From Myxococcota bacterium (GTDB taxonomy: Bacteria; Myxococcota_A; UBA9042; PHBI01; JAWLBL01): DNA of 64,000 nt. The stretch spans positions 235,518 to 299,517 of the forward strand of contig JAWLBL010000006.1 in NCBI GenBank assembly GCA_041687695.1. Reading direction: 5' to 3'. The notes under the pieces are model-generated. The model was not told where the DNA came from, made no database searches, and saw nothing but the letters and a program-made list of their open reading frames with translations. Position 1 is the first letter of the stretch, and each line of letters begins with the position of its first letter. Below are positions 59,901-64,000 of this stretch, one piece after another. A program made the translations under genes and the position numbers.

Positions 59901-61796
59901 GATGGGGGGCTTGCGGTCGTCGGGGACGAAGTCGCCGCCGACGAGGCGGGCCATCAGGGCCTGCGAGCGCGGGATGGTCAGGCCGTCGCCGGCGGGGACG
60001 TGCGAGCCCAGCTCGCGGCGGCCGAGGAAGCGGGCCGGGTAGAGGTAGCGGATGGCGTACAGGGCGTCGGCGAGGCCCTCGGCGGTCTCTTGCGCGGCCG
60101 AGCCGCCGGCGGGCATGCGCAGCTTGAGCTCGGTGTCGTTCAGGGTGGCGTCGAAGCCGCGGACGTTGAGGGCCTCGGCCAGGGCGAGGGAGAGCTGGGA
60201 CTTGCCGGGCGGCTCGAGCTGGACGAGCGGGATGCGGACGAGGCCGGCGGGGTCGACCTCGGGGTAGATGCGGTAGGGCTCGCAGGCCTCCTCGATGCGG
60301 TGGACCACCTCGAGGCGGGCCACCGGGTCCGAGCCGGTCATGGCGGCGCGGACGAAGGGGTCGCCCTCGAGCTTGCCGGGCTCGTTCCACAGGACCTGCA
60401 CCGGGAAGGTCGCGTTGAAGACGGCGAAGCCGCCGGCGGGGCGGAAGTTGCCCGAGCGGCCGTAGCCGCCGAAGGGGAAGGCGCCCGAGGCGCGGTTGGT
60501 GGAGCGGTTCCAGTTCACGCAGCCGACGCGGGTGCGCAGGTAGACCTGCTCGAACTGGGCGCGGCGGGTGGTGAAGACGCTGAGGGCCAGGCCGTAGGCG
60601 CTGGCGTTGACGATGTCGATGGCCTGGTCGACGTCATCGACGATGGTGACGGCGAGATCGGGGCCGAAGACCTCGTGGCGGGTGTAGTCCGAGTCGTGGT
60701 CGGGGGCGATGAGGTGCATCGACGGGCCGCGGAAGGCGCCGGGGGCGCGGCGCTCGGCGGCGAGCAGGACCTCGGCGCCGGCCTCGACGCCGGCGCGGCA
60801 CAGGCGGTCGACGTGGTCGCGGTCGGCGGCCGAGGCGAGGGGGCCCATGAAGACGTCGCGGGTGGGGTCGCCCCAGGTGAGGGTGCGGGCGGCGGCGGTC
60901 AGGCGCTCGACGAAGGTGTGGGCGACGCTGCGGTGCACCAGGACGCGGGCGGTGCAGGTGCAGCGCTGGCCGGTGGTCATGAAGCCGCCGATGAGCAGGC
61001 CCTCGAGGGCCTGATCGAGGTCGGCGTCGTCGAGGACGATGGCCATGTTCTGGCCGCCCATCTCGAGGGCGACCAGGACCTCGGGGCGCTCGTGCAGGGC
61101 CTTTTCGATGGCGTGGCCGGTGGGCCACGAGCCGGTGAAGGCGACGCCGCGCAGCTCGGGGGCGGCGAGGAGGGCGCGGCCGACGTCGCCGGCGCCCTGG
61201 ACCATGTTGACGACCGGCGGCAGGCCGGCGGCCTCCCAGGCCTCCATGTAGCGTTGGCCGGCCAGGGGCGTGCGCTCGGAGAACTTGACGACGACGGTGT
61301 TGCCGGTGGCGAGGGCCGGGATGACGTGCGAGTGGACGAGGTGGAGCGGGAAGTTGAAGGGGCCGATGACCGCGATGACGCCGAGCGGGTGGTAGCGGGT
61401 CTCGCCGGCGACGCCGGGGGCCGTCCAGGGGGCGACGCGCGGGAGCTGCTCGTCGATGACCAGGTTCACCCGGTCGACCAGGGAGCGTGCCTCCTGGCGG
61501 GACTCGCGCAGGGTCTTGCCCATCTCGGCGGTGATGGCCCGGGCGAGCGCCTCCTGGCGGGGCTCGAGCTCGCGGGCGAAGCGGCGCAGGGCGGCGACGC
61601 GGTCGTCGACGGACAGGGCGGCCCAGGCGGGCCAGGCGGCGTGGGCGGCGGCGACGGCCTGCGCCGCGTGGGCGGCGTCGGTGGGCGCCTCGAGCACGAC
61701 GTCGCCGTCGGTGGCCGGGTTGACGCTGCGGATGACCTGGTCGCCGGTGGGGCGGACCCAGGCGCCGTCGATGTAGTCGCCGCGGGGGTGATCCAT
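56943..61796 (-). CDS. 1617-aa fusion: ALDH + lysine-epsilon-aminotransferase-like class-III domain + GNAT + degenerate class-III domain
   Basis: ALDH (GPFNFP, FTGS, EMGG, TTGQRCT, EVFGP); AT (SGAEA, FHGRS, EPMQSEGG, DEVQTG, AKKAQ); GNAT motif A (VHKDHQGKALG); C-terminal AT-like domain lacking DE and K. Confidence 0.85.
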   Translation of the reverse strand: MDHPRGDYIDGAWVRPTGDQVIRSVNPATDGDVVLEAPTDAAHAAQAVAAAHAAWPAWAALSVDDRVAALRRFARELEPRQEALARAITAEMGKTLRESRQEARSLVDRVNLVIDEQLPRVAPWTAPGVAGETRYHPLGVIAVIGPFNFPLHLVHSHVIPALATGNTVVVKFSERTPLAGQRYMEAWEAAGLPPVVNMVQGAGDVGRALLAAPELRGVAFTGSWPTGHAIEKALHERPEVLVALEMGGQNMAIVLDDADLDQALEGLLIGGFMTTGQRCTCTARVLVHRSVAHTFVERLTAAARTLTWGDPTRDVFMGPLASAADRDHVDRLCRAGVEAGAEVLLAAERRAPGAFRGPSMHLIAPDHDSDYTRHEVFGPDLAVTIVDDVDQAIDIVNASAYGLALSVFTTRRAQFEQVYLRTRVGCVNWNRSTNRASGAFPFGGYGRSGNFRPAGGFAVFNATFPVQVLWNEPGKLEGDPFVRAAMTGSDPVARLEVVHRIEEACEPYRIYPEVDPAGLVRIPLVQLEPPGKSQLSLALAEALNVRGFDATLNDTELKLRMPAGGSAAQETAEGLADALYAIRYLYPARFLGRRELGSHVPAGDGLTIPRSQALMARLVGGDFVPDDRKPPIVDLFRSNGPYLASVDDDPLVVFDAASQIASHAGGLNPPKVLEALWSGRFGPWPLVPSPPPGETTPELVTLAAALRRASAPDLQHVAFCNSGAEANELALRAAARQRPGRRAVVAFEGSFHGRSLLALHATWNPSKRLRFELEGHQARWAPWPTWDAPGVEPAWTQDDVAPWTEKRGADSRPAPSDPLLAAEHRALCAVEAALADDQVVAVITEPMQSEGGDRYATERFFACLRALTLAYGVPLILDEVQTGFHLGGPFFWHRRWNLPAAPDLITCAKKAQVGAVVSRWPIEAADPPHITSAVRGMLQAEMLAAAPSHAFEANVRERMAALAAKHPTTVLAPRATGWAFAFDLPDPKALAFLTDQRLWRGYMVYGAGDRTLRFRGSPAWTDKALDSLFQRLDESLASLEAGESTAWRVVAQPDEAAAWPRPRGQLAEGYRILKVGVDQWPAVLPALEALQVANYEPARRDNLDHFGALLREPGAVCLVAVKGKELPPRGTLVGCTFAFPLEHFAHLDGPRQDPMLGRGNTIYSADLTVHKDHQGKALGLALKQAQVREALQVRRPDGSPRFEYLTGRNRVGATERMRALNRRFGAWPVAVYSGQYGEPEGLAMYYRVPLMAPHLPESVLDAHPGGRAPLDLDGGLVQPLGPIDGDHPATAELRQHLLAGHLNGAIANKLSLCNFVTPGVVRGFEMLRALAPRGLGHLVLASGRAEVADKGLRALKYHRGGASVVISVGPVYAGDTTAAARSISLPEGHPDNWFGWPTTADPTRDPAQALRDLERCFKQHGPERVLGVVVEPVYLQTGRPVPADFWGPLRAACDGAGVPLVVSEAATAGYRSGRGPWRADTLPIQPDALWWYPGGQLGLVFLSDKLHVSEKLTLISTWDGDEVSLTRLMWELRAARRLPVTPMARRLRELLRRLGPVHGEGLFLAVEVPNGPTLRARLADRGVLVGLTTEGWLRVAPALTLGEADLERVAEAVASLL

Positions 61797-62230
61797 GGGA
61801 CGTACCGGGGAACGGTGGGGGGGGGACGGGGCGTCGAGAGAGTCGGTGAAGGCGCGGAACGTAGCAGGTAGGCGCGGCGGCGTGAAGGAGGGTGATGGGT
61901 GGGGGAGGGGGGGCTGGGGTTGGGTGGTGAGCGTGAGGTGGGTGGGGCGGGCGTGAGGTGGGTTGGGTGGTTGGGCTGCAGGGAGTCGGTGGGGTGCGTA
62001 GTCCCGGGACGAACGATCGACTCGGGTCGTCGTCCCGGAACGACGCCCGTGGAGTTCAGCATGGCCGCTCCGGGCACCCCCGACGAGCTGAGAGCCCCAC
62101 CCGCTCACGCGGGCCGTAGGCCCGCTTTCGGAGTGTGCGGCCCATGGCCGCACTTTCCGACCTGGCTCAGGCAGGTCGGGGCGACGCCAAGCGGGTCATC
62201 TCGAGACGGATTCCCGCCACGGACCCGCTC

Positions 62231-62403
62231 GTCGTCCCGGGACGGGCGCTCAGGCCGTCGTCCCGGGACGACCAACCCCAAGTCGTCGTCCCGGGACGAC
62301 CAACCCCAAGTCGTCGTCCCGGGACGGGCGCTCAGGCCGTCGTCCCGGGACGGGAGGTCCGCTTGTCGTCCCGGGACGGGCGCTCAGGCCGTCGTCCCGG
62401 ACG
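62231..62403. repeat. Array of GTCGTCCCGGGACG palindromic repeats with short, partly variable spacers
   Basis: Cores at 62233, 62259, 62287, 62315, 62341, 62367 and 62393 (last imperfect); period 26-28 bp. Confidence 0.9.
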
Positions 62404-63520
62404 GAACCGGCCGGCGCTGGTCCCGCTTGCGCTTCATGAAGGCCGCCCCCAACTCCTGGCGGGCGATGAGCTGGTTGTGGGCCTGACACACCAGGCTGAT
62501 GTTGTCGACCGCGTGGGCCCCGCCGGTCGCGAAGGGCTGGTGGTGATGAAACTCCAGCCGCCGCCGCTCGCGACACCGGCCGCCGGGACCCTGGTAGGTA
62601 CAGCGCAGGCCGTCCCGCTCGACCACGGCCCGCTTCACGTCGGCCGGAATGGCCCGACTGCGGTCCTTGGGTTCGGCCGGCACGGCCTCATCCGGCGCCG
62701 CCTCCGCTTCGCCCGGCACCTCGGCAGTCGCTTCGGTCGGCACCTCGGGCGCGGACTGCGCGACGGCCTTCCTGGCTCTGGGCTTCCGGCCGACCCCGAA
62801 CCGCTGCTTCTTCTTCGCGGCCAGGAAGGCGTCCAGGGCCATCTCGAACAGCGTCTCGTAGTCCCCCGAGGCGACCTGGTGGCCTGCCAGAGCCATGGCC
62901 TCTTCCAGTTTGGCCGCCACCCGCGCGTCGACGGTGACCTGGACCTTGAAGCGCGCCTCCGAGAGCGGCTCGACCACCCTCTTCGGCTTCGGCGGCGCCA
63001 GATGCAAGCCTTCGTCCCGGGACGACGCGGCCTCCGGGACGGCCTTGGGAGCGACCCACGCCGTCACCCGCGGGGCCGGCAGCTTCATGACCCGCGCCGG
63101 CACGTCCGGCCGGGGGGACCACCGGGCGATCAACAGCTCCAAATCGCTCCGGGTCTTACCGGCCGCCTCGCGCAAACGTTCGTCGGCGTTCTCGTCCGAC
63201 AGGTGAGGCCGCAGCGCCCGAACGCCACTCAGGCTGAGCCGCCCATCGGCCACCATCTGCAGCGCCAACGGATACTTCCGCGCCACCTCGACGACCTTGG
63301 TGTACGTCCACGCCTGGTCCTCGGACAGGCCCCACCGCGCCATGCACCAGTCGGCCAGCGTCGACGCTCCATCGATCAGATGAAGGTCCCGCCGAGCCAC
63401 CTCGACCAGGCAGGCCAGCAGGTTGGCGGTCGTCCGGCGGTGCAATCCGACCAACTGGTCGGCCGTGCTCTTCAGGGCCTCGTCGGACAGCTGTTCCAGG
63501 CGACGCATCGGCTCGCTCAT
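62384..63520 (-). CDS. HNH endonuclease with a helical N-terminal (DUF222-like) domain
   Basis: GAGGAG RBS; RAIPADVKRAVVERDGLRC..C..LEFHH..PFATGG....NISLVCQAHN. Confidence 0.88.
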   Translation of the reverse strand: MSEPMRRLEQLSDEALKSTADQLVGLHRRTTANLLACLVEVARRDLHLIDGASTLADWCMARWGLSEDQAWTYTKVVEVARKYPLALQMVADGRLSLSGVRALRPHLSDENADERLREAAGKTRSDLELLIARWSPRPDVPARVMKLPAPRVTAWVAPKAVPEAASSRDEGLHLAPPKPKRVVEPLSEARFKVQVTVDARVAAKLEEAMALAGHQVASGDYETLFEMALDAFLAAKKKQRFGVGRKPRARKAVAQSAPEVPTEATAEVPGEAEAAPDEAVPAEPKDRSRAIPADVKRAVVERDGLRCTYQGPGGRCRERRRLEFHHHQPFATGGAHAVDNISLVCQAHNQLIARQELGAAFMKRKRDQRRPVPSGTTA

Positions 63521-63535
63521 CGGCTGCACTCCTCA

Positions 63536-63576
63536 TGTTCGTGAGCGAACAGCATACCACGGGGGTATCGACCCCC
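63536..63576 (-). promoter_or_regulatory. Putative HNH promoter: extended -10 (TGGTATGCT) between two palindromes
   Basis: GGGGGT-N4-ACCCCC at 63561-63576 and TGTTCG-N4-CGAACA at 63536-63551, directly upstream of the RBS. Confidence 0.4.
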
Positions 63577-63784
63577 TCGGAATGACCCCTGGACGGCCGT
63601 TCAGGGCTTCCAGACACCCCGCGAGGCCCCCCGACCCAGATCAGCGTCACCTGGAGCGCGCTGGACGCCCCACAGCCCCTGTTCCAGCGGCCTCCTCGAT
63701 GGGCGCCGAGGTCGCCCCGAAAACTGTCAACAACTTATTGGTCTCGTCTCATCATGAGAGCGGACGGCCGATCGCCCCCCGCGT

Positions 63785-64000
63785 CGTCCCGGGACGGCAG
63801 CCCCGCCCCTCGTCCCGGGACGGCAGCCCCGCCCCTCGTCCCGGGACGACAGCCCCGCCCCTCGTCCCGGGACGACAGCCCCGCCCCTCGTCCCGGGACG
63901 GCAGCCCCGCCCCTCGTCCCGGGACGGCAGCCCCGCCCCTCGTCCCGGGACGGCAGCCCCGCCCCTCGTCCCGGGACGGCAGCCCCGCCCCTCGTCCCGG
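63785..64000. repeat. 26-bp tandem repeat CGTCCCGGGACG(G/A)CAGCCCCGCCCCT, at least eight full copies, running off the window
   Basis: Unit starts at 63785, 63811, 63837, 63863, 63889, 63915, 63941, 63967 and 63993 (partial). Confidence 0.95.

Noticed and set aside
54443..61796. Beta-lactam biosynthetic cluster
   Set aside because: No NRPS/ACV synthetase, IPNS or beta-lactam synthetase in the window
61797..62153. N-terminal extension of the fusion ORF to 62153
   Set aside because: Low-complexity Pro/His-rich translation of the G-tract; ALDH homology starts at ATG 61796
62384..63520. IscB/Cas9-like or TIGR-Tas nuclease
   Set aside because: No RuvC motifs, PLMP N-terminus or recognisable Nop domain; only a C-terminal HNH
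62231..64000. CRISPR array
   Set aside because: Repeats are 12-14 nt, spacers are 12-14 nt and reused, and there are no cas genes

Overview
A very GC-rich bacterial chromosome segment. Gene content points to Myxococcota or a related delta-proteobacterium: GltA/B-like outer-membrane barrels, PEGA and kelch proteins, Cys-rich lipoproteins, a PP2C-cNMP phosphatase and a multi-copy-type HNH gene. All calls come from reading motifs by eye; no searches were run. Housekeeping content includes partial ftsY, meaB, a metB-like gene, ychF, an acyl-CoA catabolic operon, proC, metH, two tRNA-Leu genes and a probable 6S RNA. The most unusual parts are: (1) a 1617-aa ALDH / lysine-aminotransferase-like / GNAT / pseudo-aminotransferase fusion whose two aminotransferase halves appear to keep complementary parts of one active site, inside two convergent amino-acid/acyl-CoA operons (43.4-61.8 kb); (2) an HNH nuclease gene bracketed by 26-28-bp-period arrays of the palindrome CGTCCCGGGACG, with a further copy inside the gene and a multi-hairpin region next to it (62-64 kb); (3) an AbiE-like toxin-antitoxin cassette without an integrase, flanked by a 77-bp duplication of the 3' end of a host gene and followed by a toxin-less Phd-barstar operon (24.1-27.0 kb); (4) a 34-aa basic MGKGD-starting protein absent from the ORF track, and REP-like and gene-end tandem repeats.
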